From: the human T2T-CHM13v2.0 reference genome, Homo sapiens
Assembly (NCBI RefSeq): GCF_009914755.1
Contig: NC_060934.1
Direction: 5' to 3' (one strand)
DNA: 64,000 nucleotides
Shown here piece by piece: positions 1 to 15,879 of this stretch. Position numbers and translations under genes: made by a program. Each line of letters opens with the position of its first letter. Positions within the stretch are counted from its first letter, which is position 1. The notes beneath the pieces were generated by a model, which saw only the letters and a program-made list of their open reading frames with translations, was not told the origin of the DNA and ran no database searches.

Positions 1-232
1 TTGATTTTAGACAACCCAATCTGGTGGGAGATGGAGTGTGGGAGCGTGGCCAGAGGTGCAGCCTAGAGGCGGAAAGGGGGCTGGCCCGGAGGAGGGTGAC
101 AGTGGCCTGCGCGGGGCAGCGTGGCAGGGATGGAGTGGGGCAGGGAGGACTGTGAGTGACTGTCAGGGACGGAGAAGCCATGGGCATTGGGCAGAGCAGT
201 GGCAGAGTGAGGTAAGGAAGAGAAGGGTCTAG

Positions 233-600
<368 letters not shown>

Positions 601-1269
601 TACAGTACATTTTAAACCTCCCAATAAGTCAAACCCTGGAAAATGATGAAAACTAATGCACTTGACCCAAGCATTGCTGAAACTCTCGCTTGCCTGCATT
701 TATGATATACTTCTCTCTTTTATGTAACATTGCCTGGGCAAAGTAGAACACAGATTCAGGTGAGAGCTGGCAGAATATGGAGTCATTCCTCCAGGCGGCC
801 CCTCCTCATCAGCGGCAGCATTCTGGAAGCTGTGGTCTCCGCACATCCCTGACACCCCGAGAGCATCATCTCTTATTCCACACTTGCTCTTCTGACTTCA
901 GCAGGGCCACCGAGGGCGAGGGAGGCCTTGGCAATCATGGACACCTTCCTTAGCCCCCAAACAGACCACTTCAGACAGGAGAGGGCTCTTTTCAGAGCTC
1001 CCCCTTGGAAGGCAGCCAGCCTCTTAGCAGATGGAGGCAGCCGGCCTCTTAGCAGACGGTTCCCGCCCCTTTCACTGAGCATTGCTGTTCTCTCTGTGGT
1101 GTGTGCTCAGGTCCCAACAGGCTGCCGACTGATGGCCACAGTGTAGGGAATGGCCAGGGCCAGGATGGGAACCCAGGCCCTGTTACAGGGCAGCCCTGGC
1201 CAGAGCTCATTCCTCCAGCTCAGTGGTTCTGAGCATTCATCTCTAGGCTCATTGATAAGCAAACTGAAG

Positions 1270-1630
1270 TGATAAGAAGAGACGCTGAGAGAGAGAGATT
1301 AATTTATTTTAAGGATTTAAGCCTGTTTCCTGCAATTGTGGGGACCGGCAAATCAAAAATTTGCAGGCCAGGGCAGCAGGCTGGAGACCCAGGGAAGAGC
1401 TGATGTTGCAGCTCAAGTCCAAAGGCAGACTGGAGACAGCAGTTCCTCTTCCTGTTTTTCATGAGGGCCGTCGACTGATTGAACGAGGCCCACCCATGGC
1501 ATGGACTCTAGTCGGTTTGACTCAAAGTCTACTGATTGAAATGTTCATCTCATCTAAAAAATACTTTCCCAGCAATATCAGGCTAGTATTTGGCCAAATA
1601 TCTGGGTACCGTGGCCTAGCCAAGTAGCCA
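1270..1630 (-). mobile_element. MLT2-family (ERVL) LTR fragment
   Basis: gcaggctggagacccagggaagagctgatgttgcagctcaagtccaaaggc...ctgggtaccgtggcctagccaagt resembles MLT2C/D. Confidence 0.75.
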
Positions 1631-1971
1631 AGTTCACATTCCTGAATGTTCGCCGAACCCCCGCTCCCATCTTCTGGGCTCCAGACACCAGAGCTCCGGT
1701 TGGCTGTAGGAATTGGGAGGTGGCCCAGGACTGGCAAGTGCTGTCCCGGGTACACACCAGGCACCACCAGGCCCATCTTGAGCAGGTGGCTAGAAAAGCA
1801 CAGGCTCAGAGCCAGGAAGGTAGAAGAGACCACACACAAAACACAAAACCACGAAAGGCAGGGGAGACTAGGCTGTGGTCCGTGAGTGGTGGATAGTGAG
1901 ACAGGCTGTAAAAGGTGTGATTACGTAAATGCTATCTGCATTGTTCTTGTAGGTATTAAAACCAGAAAGCT

Positions 1972-2265
1972 GGCCGGGTGTGGTGGCTCATGCCTGTAAT
2001 CCCAGCACTTTGGGAGGCCAAGGCAGGCTGATCGCTGGAGGTCAGGAGTTCAAGACCAGCCTGGCCAATATGGTGAAACCCCATCTCTATTAAAAACACA
2101 AAAATGAGCCTGGCATGGTGGTGCATGCCTGTAATCCCAGCTACTCAAGAGGCTGAGGCAGGAGAATCACTTGAACCCAAAGGCGGAGGTTGCAGTGAGT
2201 CGAGATCGCACCACTGCCCTCCAGCCTGGGCGACAGAGCAAGACTCTGTCTCAAAAAAAAAAGAA
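1972..2265 (+). mobile_element. AluS
   Basis: Full dimer with A tail; TSD-like aaaaccagaaagc / aaaacagaaaagc. Confidence 0.95.
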
Positions 2266-4669
2266 AACAGAAAAGCAAGGGAGACATGAATGAAATGTGT
2301 TCACCCATAGCGTTGCCTAAGTGTGTGTATATGGATTGATAAAGCAATCCTGCTGTATCAGAAGCATTGACCACTAGGATCCCTTCCAATGTTTAGACTC
2401 CATGCCTCTGGTTTTGTTGGCGAAGCGTGCTGAAGTTAGTGACACTGAGCATCAGCGCTGTCCGGATGTTACTATTGCAAGTTTCCTAGCTTATCATGAG
2501 CATGGGTCACCGTTGTCATTGCGGCTTGTACTTGGGGAGGGCCACGGTGCACTATTGTGGCCTGACATGGCTGCACTGCTGCAGGAAGATCGTGTAACAC
2601 AGAGCCTGGGGGCCACCTTCTGCCCAGCTGGACTCCCCACTGCTGCACAGCCCAGGACTGTGGGAAATGAGCAAGAAGCATTCCTAAAATAATTAGAAGC
2701 TTCTGTTTTCTTACATCTGGGCCCATGTGAACCCACAGATATAGCATGGGACACAGAGTATAGGCAGCAGGCCACGGGCCGTGGGGTCTGAGACCACACT
2801 GCGGACAAGCAGGTGGACCCCGAGGCCCAGAGTCTCCCCGACCCCAGCACCAGCCTGTTTGCTTTGGAGCCTGGCTCTGCCCTGCAGCAGTGCTCAGCCT
2901 GAGGAATTCCAGACTCCCCACCACTTTGGCCTTGTCGTTTCTAAGAAAGAGCTGGCCGCTGCAAGCTTGGACTGGCATCCTTTTCTGAGGATGTAGCTTT
3001 TCAACAGGGTCCAGGAGGAATCACTCCCTTGGGCTCTCCGGGGAAAAAAGCTTAATAAAGATGTCTCTCATTCTCTCATCCTCTTTGTCTTGTTACTCTT
3101 GTTTCAGATGTAGTTGCCCATTCAAATACTCTATTTCTGTTTCAGGAATATGTGTCTGGGAAGGAAGGCAGTTGACAGTTGTTGGAAATGAAAACCTAGT
3201 TTGCTTGAGATATTTCCTGCACGTCCCCTTGGCTGTGTGTTTGCAGCCCTGCTGGGAAAAGGTGGTGGGGGAGAGTTGTTTTGAGCTGGGAACATCAGCC
3301 TGGATTCTAAACTTAGGCCAGCCTGGCACCAATTTTATATCGACTCTGTCCACCCTGTTTGCAGTCCTGATGGGAAAGAAAGTCTGGCTGGTATTCTCTC
3401 TTGTCTGAATATGCCTGAGCCGTGTTCCTTTCATCTCCTGAAGTAGTTGGAAGTGATGGTTGCCGTGTCTGGGCTGTTTAATGTCCAGGGCAGTCAGTGT
3501 CTCAGGGGTGAGAGGTTTTCTCCCTTACCAGTTACCTTCCAGCCCATAACGTTGGTTTCTGACTCTGATCCCCTTAACTTCTGCAAGATTCATGAAACTC
3601 TTTCTTAGCCATCAGATAGTAACCCAGAATTGAATAGTTTGGTGCTAGAGGGAAGGGAAGAGGGAAGGATCAAAGCCCAGGAAAGACTGGGAGCAGAGCA
3701 CAGAGGCCCAGGGGGAAAAGGCCAAGTGGATGCCTGTAGGGAGAGGAGGAGGCTGTGATCGAGAAGGGCATGCATGAGGGAAGGAAGAGCTGGGAGACTG
3801 CCAGGTAATTCTCAGCCTGGATATTGTGAGCCGAGAGAGAGGAGGAGGCTGTAAGACCCAAGAAAGAGACAGCAGAGGGAGGAAAGAGTGGGATGGAGGG
3901 TACTGTCAGGAGAGAAGGCCAGGAGCAAACCTAAGTTCTTCCCTGCTCATGGCAGGCTCAGGAATCAGCTAGAGTTAAAGCTTACCCGGGGCTGCCAAGG
4001 GCTCAGGTGAATGCAGGGTGGACGCCGTCCTTGAAGTTCTAAGAATTTCAAGGAGATGCAAGGGTGGAGGATGTACCAGGCGGGGTTGAGTGGAGCTGGG
4101 AATCCTGTCACCCAGCATAGAGTGGGTGGGGGGCATGGGCTCACAGGTGTTGCCAAGCAGAATGTGGCAGGCTCAGCTCTGCTGAGATGAAGCTGAGAGC
4201 CCACGGGTGTGAGTGGTGCCCTGGGAGCAGCGCCCCTGGGGAAGACAGAGAGGAGGGACCTCGGGTCTGAGGAAGCTGGGAAGCAAGGCCGGGAAGGGGT
4301 CTGGTGCTGAGACCAGTTGGGGAACAAGTGTGAGACCTTGGAGGTGGCGCATGGTGGCTCAAAAGCTTGTGTGGAGGCAGAGGGGATGAGGGGGAGGGAG
4401 AAGGATGGGAGACATTGTCACTGTGGATTCTGATGTTGCAGGAATTGGGGTCAAAGAAGGAAAAAATGAGAGCCGGGGAGTAGTCAACCAGGAGGGCGCT
4501 GGCGGGTCTGGGGAGGGTGCGGAGTGTAGAAGCTGGAATAGGACTTTGTGGTGAGGGGTTAGAATGGGTGGGTTTAGGGAATGGCCAGGTGATGACATCA
4601 GCAGCCTGGAAGGGCAGCGGCCAGCCACCCTGTCCCCGACTGAGCCTCGGCTCTCCTGAGGCTAGGTAA

Positions 4670-4864
<195 letters not shown>

Positions 4865-5403
4865 TAACCCCCTCGTGACACTGGCCCTCCAATCTGAGCA
4901 TTTCTGAAATCCCCAGAACCTCACCTGAATAATTTTGCTAATTTTAACTGCAAGTAATAAAGACTCAGAGGGAATATTATGGTGTAAGAGGGATGGAGTG
5001 TGCAATTCAACACTTCCCCTCTGTGATCAAAGACAGCAATAGTGCCAGCTCTTCCTCATCTGCTGTTTCTTAACCAACATCACCCTTGTCTTTCTTCACC
5101 TTGCTAGAACTTTGAATAGCTGACTTTTATTAAAGCGATATGGAGGGGGAAAAAACAGGAAATCTGAGTTGTACTCATCAATGTTTCCTGATAAAAGTTT
5201 GACAGATTTAAACCATGGAGGTTTTGTGATCATCTGTTGATTACCTGACTTCCTAATCTCTTGATTACCTGACCTCCCCTCCGTGTTCCAATCAGCAATG
5301 GCAATTCAGAGCTAGCTATTTTGCCATGAGGGCCAATGGTGAAAGATGAGACGGAAACAAAATTAATTTTGCTGGCCTGCTGTATTCATAGGACATGCTA
5401 TCA

Positions 5404-5572
5404 TTAGGTTGGCGCAAAAGTAGTTGCGGTTTCTTCCATTAAAATTGCCATGAGATTTGAAAATAGTTTTTATTTTCCTAGTATTGGTACTTTTGTCTGA
5501 AAGATTTAGGTTGGGGCAAAAGTAATTGTGGTTTCTTCCATTAAAATTGCCATTACTTTTGCACCAACCTAA
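5404..5572. mobile_element. MADE1 (Hsmar1-derived MITE), partly duplicated
   Basis: TIR ttaggttggNgcaaaagta at 5404 and 5506; closing TIR attacttttgcaccaacctaa at 5552-5572. Confidence 0.9.
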
Positions 5573-5917
5573 ATCTTTCAGACAAAAGTACCAATACTAG
5601 GAAAATAAAAACTATTTTCAAATCTCACATTTTTAAGGTATTATAATATGCCTTTTATTCTAAAGGCCACATCTCTTAAATTACAGAGAGAATTGGTTTA
5701 TGTTTATTCTATGTATTTATGATGTCAGAAGAAAACTATTTTAAGTCTCTAAAATATTTAGTTGGGGAAAGGGGTTAATAAATCAGTGCACTTTTAGAAG
5801 AAGGGACAACATAAGCTTTCCTTCTTGAGTAGCATGAGAATGATGTAAGGAGTTTGAAATGCTTAGGCTAATGTGATAAACAAGAGAACACAGTTAGAGT
5901 CTTTTCCGATTAGCTGA

Positions 5918-6106
<189 letters not shown>

Positions 6107-6235
6107 CACTGAAGACGAGCCTGGGGTGGAGAGGAGGGAGCCGGCATCTGCCGAGCACCTCCTGTTTGCCAGGCGCTTTCTATACTTAATCCCATGTCAT
6201 GCGACCCTAGGACTTTTTTTAACATGTAATCACTG

Positions 6236-6576
<341 letters not shown>

Positions 6577-6819
6577 TTACAGTTGAGGAATCCAGGGCTC
6601 AAGTCCTCGCAGCCATGTCTGTCTGGATAAAGGCCTGGACTCTTTCTCATCTCCATCCTTCCCTCTGATTTACCTCTCATTGTACAGTCACTCTTGCGGA
6701 TTGAGGAAGGGAGAGCAGAGCCTCAGGACAGCCTCCTGCCATTGACTTCCATAATGTATATATTTTGGATGCAGACAATGATAATTTGAGCTCATTTATG
6801 TGAAGTGCATTGACTTTGC

Positions 6820-6825
6820 AATAAA
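6820..6825 (+). terminator. Candidate intronic polyadenylation signal for the short isoform
   Basis: First AATAAA I see after the 6106 stop; T/GT-rich sequence downstream. Confidence 0.5.
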
Positions 6826-7479
6826 AGTAATAGTATTTCATTGTCCTTCGTCTTTGCATGGGCTATTCCATCATCGAAGGCACACTTACTCTCTCCTTAT
6901 CTCTCTCCCCAACTGCTCCTCTCTCTGTGGAAATAATCCCGTTTGGCCCTTCCCATGGGTCCTCTCCACATCAGAGCAGTGGCCCTAATCTCCCTAACCA
7001 TGGAGCAGCCCTGCAGCCTGGTCTCACCCTGGGCATCATGCTCCTTCCCATTTGGCTCAGAAAAGGATTCCCTTCCTCTCTAAGGAATCTTCCCATCTCA
7101 TTTGGGACCATCCAGCCCTTAAATTTTCCCAAGAAATCTCTGTGAGTGTCCCCTGACATACCATAGCTCCCCTTTCACCCTGAATCTTTTCCACCCTCTG
7201 GTCAAAGGGAACCCCACGATGGATCCCTTCTTTACAGATTCATACACTGGCATCGGCAGCAAAGCCCGTCGGGAGCACTCCTTGTATGGCTGTTTGTCCC
7301 CATGTCTGAGCACACAGACTCCCTGGGGGCCTGCACCAACAAGCTCAGTGGCGGCTGAGGCCTCTCATATCAAGGCTTTTGATGCCTGCACATCCTCTGG
7401 GGGAGGGCTTCAGCGCAGCCTCTGAGGAACTCCACTAGGCCAGGGACTGCTGAGCTCACACAGGAATATGTGAACATCT

Positions 7480-8065
7480 CTATTCTTGCTCTTTTTTCTT
7501 TTCTTTTTGCTTTCCTTTCTTTTTCTTTCCCTCCTTTATTTCCCTCCTTCCCTCTCTCTTCTCTTTTCTTTTCCCTCCCTGCCTCCCTCCTTCCTTTCCT
7601 TCCTTCTTTCCTTCCCTCCCTCCCTTCTTTCTTTCTTTTTCTTTCCTTCTCTTTCTTCTTTTTCTTTCTTTCTTTCTCTCTCTTTTTCTTTTCTTTCTTT
7701 CTTTTTCTTTCTTTCTCTCTCTTCTCTTCCTTCCTTCCTTCCTTCTTCCTTTCTTTCTTTCTCTTTCTTTCTTTCTCTTTCTTTCCCTTCCTTCCTTCCT
7801 TTCTTCTTTCTCTCTTTCTTTCCTTCCTTCCTTCCTTCCTTCCTTCTTTCTTTCTTTCTTCTCTTTCTTTGTCTTTCTTTCTTTCTTTCTTTCTTTCTGG
7901 TCTTTCTTCTCCTCTCCTCCACTAACCTGCCCTGCCCTGCCCTGCCTTGCCCTGCCTTCCCCTCCCCTCCTCTCTCCTCTCTCCTCTCTCCCCTCTCCCC
8001 TCTCCTCTCTCCCTTCTCCCCTCTCCTTTCTCCTCTCTCCTCTCTCTTCTTCTCTCTTTCTCTCA
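7480..8065. repeat. Polypyrimidine low-complexity tract (TTTC/TTCC/CCCTG/CTCTC)n
   Basis: ~590 bp almost entirely C/T on +; abuts the tail end of an antisense AluJ. Confidence 0.97.
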
Positions 8066-8322
8066 CTCTCTGTCACCCAGACTGGAGTGCAGTGGCACAG
8101 TCATGGCTCACTGCAACCTCAACCTCCTAGGCTCAAGTAATACTCCTGCCTCAGCCTTCTGAGTAGCTGGGACAACAGGCATGTACCACCATGCCCAGCT
8201 AATTTTTGTATTTTTTGTAGACCCAGGGTTGCCCCAGCTGGTCTGGAACTCCTGAGACTCAAGCGATCCACCCACCTTGGCCTCCCAAAGTGTTGAGATT
8301 ACAGGCGTCAGCCACCATACCC
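8062..8322 (-). mobile_element. AluJ
   Basis: Reverse-complement Alu with J-type motifs (ggctcaag, ctcaagcgatcc). Confidence 0.9.
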
Positions 8323-8620
8323 TTATTTCAAAGTGCTCTGCATCACAAAATGCTTTCTAGCCAAGAGTGTACACAACACACCAACCAAGGGTAGGAAGGT
8401 AGTATCATTCTTTATTCCTTCTTAAAATACCTGCTTTACAGAGCTATTATAAGAAGTGGACAATTCGTATGATGACAGTATGTAGTCAACACTAGCCTGG
8501 TGCCTGCTACATATTAAGTGCTCAGTACATGGAACCTGTTGTACCACAGTGGTGAAACCATGTTGTTTTCAAACACAAAGCAGTTAAAATTACACCAAAA
8601 AAAAGGAGAGGAGAGGTCTA

Positions 8621-9488
<868 letters not shown>

Positions 9489-9801
9489 CTAACTGAACGG
9501 ACCTTCTTATTCCTCTCCCCTAACACCATCGTTTCCACTCTTCTCAGTGTAGGTAACCGTCTATGGTGTGTTTTTTCATTAATGACAAAAAAAAAAAGGT
9601 TTCAACTGGATTATTTAAATATTGGTAAATATTGTGCATTAGGGTTTGTTTTTCCTTTTAAGAAGTATGTCCTTTGTATCTCTAAGTTACATGACCTATA
9701 TCTTTTCCTCTTTAATAGTAGTTTTATGTTAACCTTTAAGAGATTTGTTTTTCCTCAAAGGAGAATTTAAAGGTATTTTTTAAAATTCTAATAAGAGGAT
9801 C

Positions 9802-10357
<556 letters not shown>

Positions 10358-10830
10358 TCAGCTTCACAGGCCAGACTTGCTGTGAGTGAGATGCCCACAC
10401 TGCAGAGATGCAGGACCCTCCCTTGCAAAAGGAACCAGCTGCCATGTTGCTGAAAGTGGGCCCACACACAACCCTCATTTCTCACGAGAGCTAACAGATG
10501 AAAGCTCAGCTATGCAGTGTTAAAATTCATCTCTTTCTCTGTGGTTTTTAAAAAAATGCATTTCTAATCTTACACTTCACGTGGCCTCCAACACAAAGTT
10601 CTTTCTCCACATTTTTACCCTCTTCTCACATGAATGTTTTCCAAGGGAAGGAAGGGAGGGAAGCAGCCTTGGGAAAGGATCCATTTCTGGTGGTAAGGAG
10701 AGGGGGCCCTGCCAGGCTAATGGGACTTCAGCCACCACAGAGATGACCAAAGACCACCTCCGCCAGGCCCAGCCAGTGCTTGCAGCCCTCCCATTGGTCA
10801 GGGGAGTCTAAAATCAAAGATACATGGTGG

Positions 10831-10941
10831 TAGGGTCACCAAACGTCCCATTTGCCCGAGACTGAAGGATTTCTCAGGCTGTGGACATTTAATGCCAAAA
10901 CCAGGAATATCCGGGGCAAAGCAGGCTGTGTTGTTCGCCTT
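10831..10941. mobile_element. MER81 (hAT-Blackjack MITE) in 3' UTR
   Basis: tagggtcaccaaacgtcccatttgcccgagactga...ccggggcaaagcagg...ttgttcgcc; degenerate TIRs. Confidence 0.75.
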
Positions 10942-11274
10942 TGTGGAGCCAGGCAGTGTGTGGCCCAGGGAAAGCTGCGTTTCATGGAGGCTTCCAGGAG
11001 GCTGCCCTGTAAAGCCAGGCAGGTGGCTTCAAGTGCCATTCCTGCAAGTGCCCCTGCTTCAGCTCTCAGGCCCATCCAATGCCTCGAGCCCACGGGGGTG
11101 TCCCGGCAGGTCTGCGTCATCACGACCCAGTAACGCTGCTGGCTGTGTCCTCATGCCCTCTTCCTCTGGCTGGCCAGTCATGGGAAGTCCTGTTGGTTGA
11201 GTCATCTTTGTCACTTCTACACCTTTGAGTATGTACAGGCTGAATGTTGAGTGATGCCCCCCCACCCTCTCAAT

Positions 11275-11275
<1 letters not shown>

Positions 11276-11322
<47 letters not shown>
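11276..11322 (+). repeat. (CA)n microsatellite in 3' UTR
   Basis: About 23 uninterrupted AC units. Confidence 0.98.
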
Positions 11323-11325
<3 letters not shown>

Positions 11326-13182
11326 GTTATTAGGCACAGCAGCTCCATCCTGCTCCCTGAGAATGGCAGTGCAGGCACAGAGAAGAGCAGTTGGGAAGAC
11401 AGGCAGCTGGTCTACCCTGTCCCCGCACACTTCACAGGCACTCCACTGCTTGGCAGGAATTCTGCATGGCATCTGCCACGCATGCTCACAGGGTGAAAAA
11501 TCAAGCTGTCACTCTGCAAAATCTAAAAACCCTGGAAAGGTCTATAAGATGACATTAGACCCAGTTAAGAAGCAAGTGTCACCTGAGTTGGCCATGCAAT
11601 GAATGAATATTATAAGCAGTATTGGAGAACTAGGCGGTTGCTTACTAAGAAGTGTCTTGGAAACATTCGAGTTCATACAGTGCATGACAAAGTAATAGAA
11701 GGCTGCAAGCGCTGAAAATGCACCCGAATCTGGTACCTAGGATGAGTACATGAATAGTGATGAATAGCCCTTTGTGCTGTGTGCTATATACAACCATTTG
11801 CATTCAGAAAGCAGCATTTGAAGCTGAGTTCCATTACTGGTGATTGAAGTATTTTCAGGAGCAGATACATGTGGTGCATGTTATATGCACTTAGTTTGAA
11901 AGTATCCCTCACCCAAAAAGTGCAGAACCTCTGAAAGGTGAGCCGTGGTGCAGGTGCCCCCCTCGCTGTTCGGGTCAGTTCTTGGCCATGCTTGGCCTGT
12001 CACACGCCGGGTCTCAACAACATCGTGCGAGGAGACAGTGACTGGTTTCAGCCCAAGAGTCAACTGTTGAGCATGACATCAGGAAGCCTGTACTGTCCTG
12101 ATCCCACCAGGCTTGGGTTAATTTCCTATTGCTTCAGAGAAAGAGAGGCGCTCTTGTGCTTTTGAGAGAGCTCTCATGTTAAAAAGAGGTTGTCTTTGCA
12201 CTGCGCTTGGTATGATTTGTTTTCTTATAAAACAGGAAGAGAACCTAGAATGTGCCTTTCGTGAAGGTCTGACAAATGGGGTCTCAGAGTCCTAGGACCC
12301 GCACCAAGGTCAGAGTCCACCTGTAGAGGCTGAGCATTTCTACATGCACCCAGGGTGCTGGGCTGAGGCTAAGGGTGGACGCGTAGACCCCATCACAGGC
12401 TTCCTTCCTGAGCCCAAGTCCCCCATTTGGTCACTATCCCTTCTCAGAGCAAGTGGATTCTCTTTTCCTCACTTGGAATATTCAATGTTGAAGTAGTGGC
12501 CTGGAGTGGCCTTTCCCTCAGCTGCCTGTCTGGGCTCCCTGGCTTCCCGGATCTTCATCTCATACGTGAGGCAATAGGAGGAGTTTCTATTCATTGAGAC
12601 AAACAGTGAGCGGGCACCAACAGGCCAGCAGCTTGGCCCTTTTCACAGAGGTGGCCTTGGAGTCTGGAGTCTGGGCAGCTGTCTGCCTCTCTACGGCTCT
12701 GCTTCCCAGCGGGCACACGGGTCCGGAGCCTCAGAATGAAGTGGTGCAGAGGCGCAGGGCACACCTAGGAGAAGCTCAATGACCACCAAAGCCCTTGAGG
12801 AGAGACGGGGTTTGCTGTGTTAGAGAAATGGCAACCCCCAGGACCATGCACGGCTCTGGCAGTGCACAGTGGCTGATTTTCACCAGTTCCTCCTACCCCT
12901 GCCTCTGTCGGAGACTAGAAAACATTCTACCCCTTCAGGTCTTCTTTTAAAAGAAAAGAGCTATGGCAAAGCGTGCCATACAAAGTTAAAAAAAGGAAGA
13001 GTGGCTTTGCGTTCTTGACCATGGCCACAATTCTGGTCACTTCTAGCATCTGACCTTGAGAACGGTGTAGAGTCTCTGAGCCACCGCTGGCCTTTGAGAG
13101 AGTCTCACTCTCCAGCTAGCTCTTTGTGTAGTGTCCAGGGCCCCGGCAGTCAGGATAGAGCGAGCAAAAGAAGATGGACAGT

Positions 13183-13559
<377 letters not shown>

Positions 13560-15879
13560 CTACCCCGTACTCATCCCACTCATCTGTCTACCCTAGTGTC
13601 CATCATGCCCTGGATGAATCGTAGGTGGGAGGGACAGAAGCCGAGAACACCAGGCACACGGGGTGGGGGGAATGGGGGGAGCCCAGGTGATCCCCTTTGG
13701 AAAGTGGATTGATCCTCTCCCCTGTGGAATGACAGCTTAACCTGATTAACCCACTGGGGCTTGCTATTTTATGAGCATTTTTAAACAGAAAGGAAAGATG
13801 ATATCCCAGTGCAGGTAGACTTTATTTTTGAAAGCATCGTGGCCCCTCACCTCTCCCTCTCCCCCAGAACCTTGGCCAGAATTGAGTCTTCGCGTTGGGG
13901 AGGCCACGCTGGAACCATTGCTCTAGGGCTGAAGGTGGAAGTAGGGCCACTGCCGCAGCTTCAGCCAGAGCCCTCGCTGCTTCGCAGAATTTAACAAGCA
14001 CACGACTGGGATTCCTTTGGATATGAGAAAGGAAGGCAAGTGCGGGCAAAGGGAAGCTCCTCCCGTTTTTCATAAACAGAAGTAAGATGTCCTCTTTCCC
14101 AGGTTTGCACAATCACTTCTGGCAAATTAATTGAAGGTCCTTGAATTCAGCCAGTGCACGAAACCTTTGCATGTTCTTCTGAAACTGTACTTCTTCCCTA
14201 TTCTGTCTACCCACACTCTGCGAACTTTGCCTTTTCCTTAAACACATTCCAGACCAAACACTGTTCAGTTTGTTAAAAAAAAAAAAAAAAAAAAAAGATG
14301 TATATACCTGTATGTGATCCACCACCCTTTTGAGGGGCACCTGGTCCTCGGTTGGGGCTGCAGGTGTGCCTGACATTTGCAAAAGATATTCCAGTCTTTC
14401 GATGTTCAGAATTGAAAATGTGGAGATAGAAAAGCTCAAACAGACTCCTAAAAGGAGGGTTTCTTTCCTGAAGACTCCAAGAAAATGAGTGTGCAGATGA
14501 GTTAGCTTGACAACCTCAACTCTGGGGAGCAGGCAGGCGGTCTGAGGAAGATAAGGGCCCACGCCCCACTCACCTGGCACCTGTTCGGTGGTCCCGGGGC
14601 ATCATGGTCTGCAGCTCTGGGCCCCCAGCCCCACTGTGAAGTCAGTCCTGCATGCTGGCCGAGGCCCGGCCACCTCCCGATGCCTCCAGAGTCAGTGGGA
14701 AGGAGTCAGCCCTTCCCAGACTTCCCCGCCACCTCCAGCAGGAGCAGCTCAGTTTGTGGCTCTGGGAGCTCCGCTTTTGCAAACCCAAAAAGGCTGTGCA
14801 TTTGGAAGCCAAACGCTCAGCATGCGGCTGCCGAGTCTGGTTTTGTGGACAAAGCAAACTGTGGAATGGCTTCTCGGTGTCTGTATAAAGGGACAAACGG
14901 TTGCATTCACCCTTTGTACTATAACACCGCTTCTGCATTCGCCATATCCGTTTTTTAACCTTTTTGTCTCCGGGGAACTTCTCATTCGATTATTATGTCT
15001 TCTGATGATTTGCCATGTTATTTTAAAGGTGATTTTATTTTCTTATGGACAGGAAAAAAGAAAATGAGGAGGAGTTGGTTTTACTCTTAGAGATAAGACT
15101 TCAGCAGGGGCTCAGAAACCCCAAACTCTAGTTAAATTGCTTCTCGGAGGAAAATCTTAATCTAGACAGATTCAGATTCCCAGGCTCTCCTGGAAGCCCT
15201 GCACTTCAGGGCACAGGGGCCCTGGGACGTGGTTGGCAGCCAGGCTGCGAGAGAGCTAAAAAGGAACAAGAACATCAGCTCGGATGTTTGTCTCTCAGCC
15301 CTGACACCTGCCACTCTCCTTCCCGGGGCACTTGGCCCTATCAGAGGGACATGAAATGCTGTCCGAATGGTGGCAGAAATGCAGCGACATTGCATGCAGC
15401 AGAGTCTTTGCTTCGAAAGATGGGGCGCCATGTTTCAGAGAACATTTATCTTAGTCCCACGTTCAGGTGAGAAGACCTCAAAGGTACCCTCTGTCCAGAA
15501 TAAACATTGGAACAATCTCTCAATTGGCTTTTGTCACTACACATAATGTAATCTCCCTTCTTTCAGCTCCCCCAACAGTGAGCATGCTTCCCAAAAAATT
15601 ACAACATCAAAACCAGGAATGTCCCCGCATCTACTATTACCAGGCTTGCAATTGGTTCAATTTTCCCATAAAAACATGTTTGTCCAAAAGAAGGGAAACT
15701 GTGAATTTATTCCATGCATGTAATAAACTCTGCAAGAAGTTTAACCCACATAGGTTTGCGGCACTGCAAAATTGTTCATGGGTCTATGTAGCAAATGATT
15801 CTCTGCCTTGACAATCATGTATACATATCAAGATTTCTATCATAATGATAATGAGATTGATGACTTCCTGTTTTCCTCC

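Noticed and set aside
1010-1058. 25-bp tandem duplication ggcagccRgcctcttagcaga
   Set aside because: Two-copy slippage duplication; not an array and not CRISPR-like.
7470-8162. Long ORFs (151-214 aa) rich in F/L/S or K/R/E
   Set aside because: Stop-free only because the tract is almost pure pyrimidine/purine.
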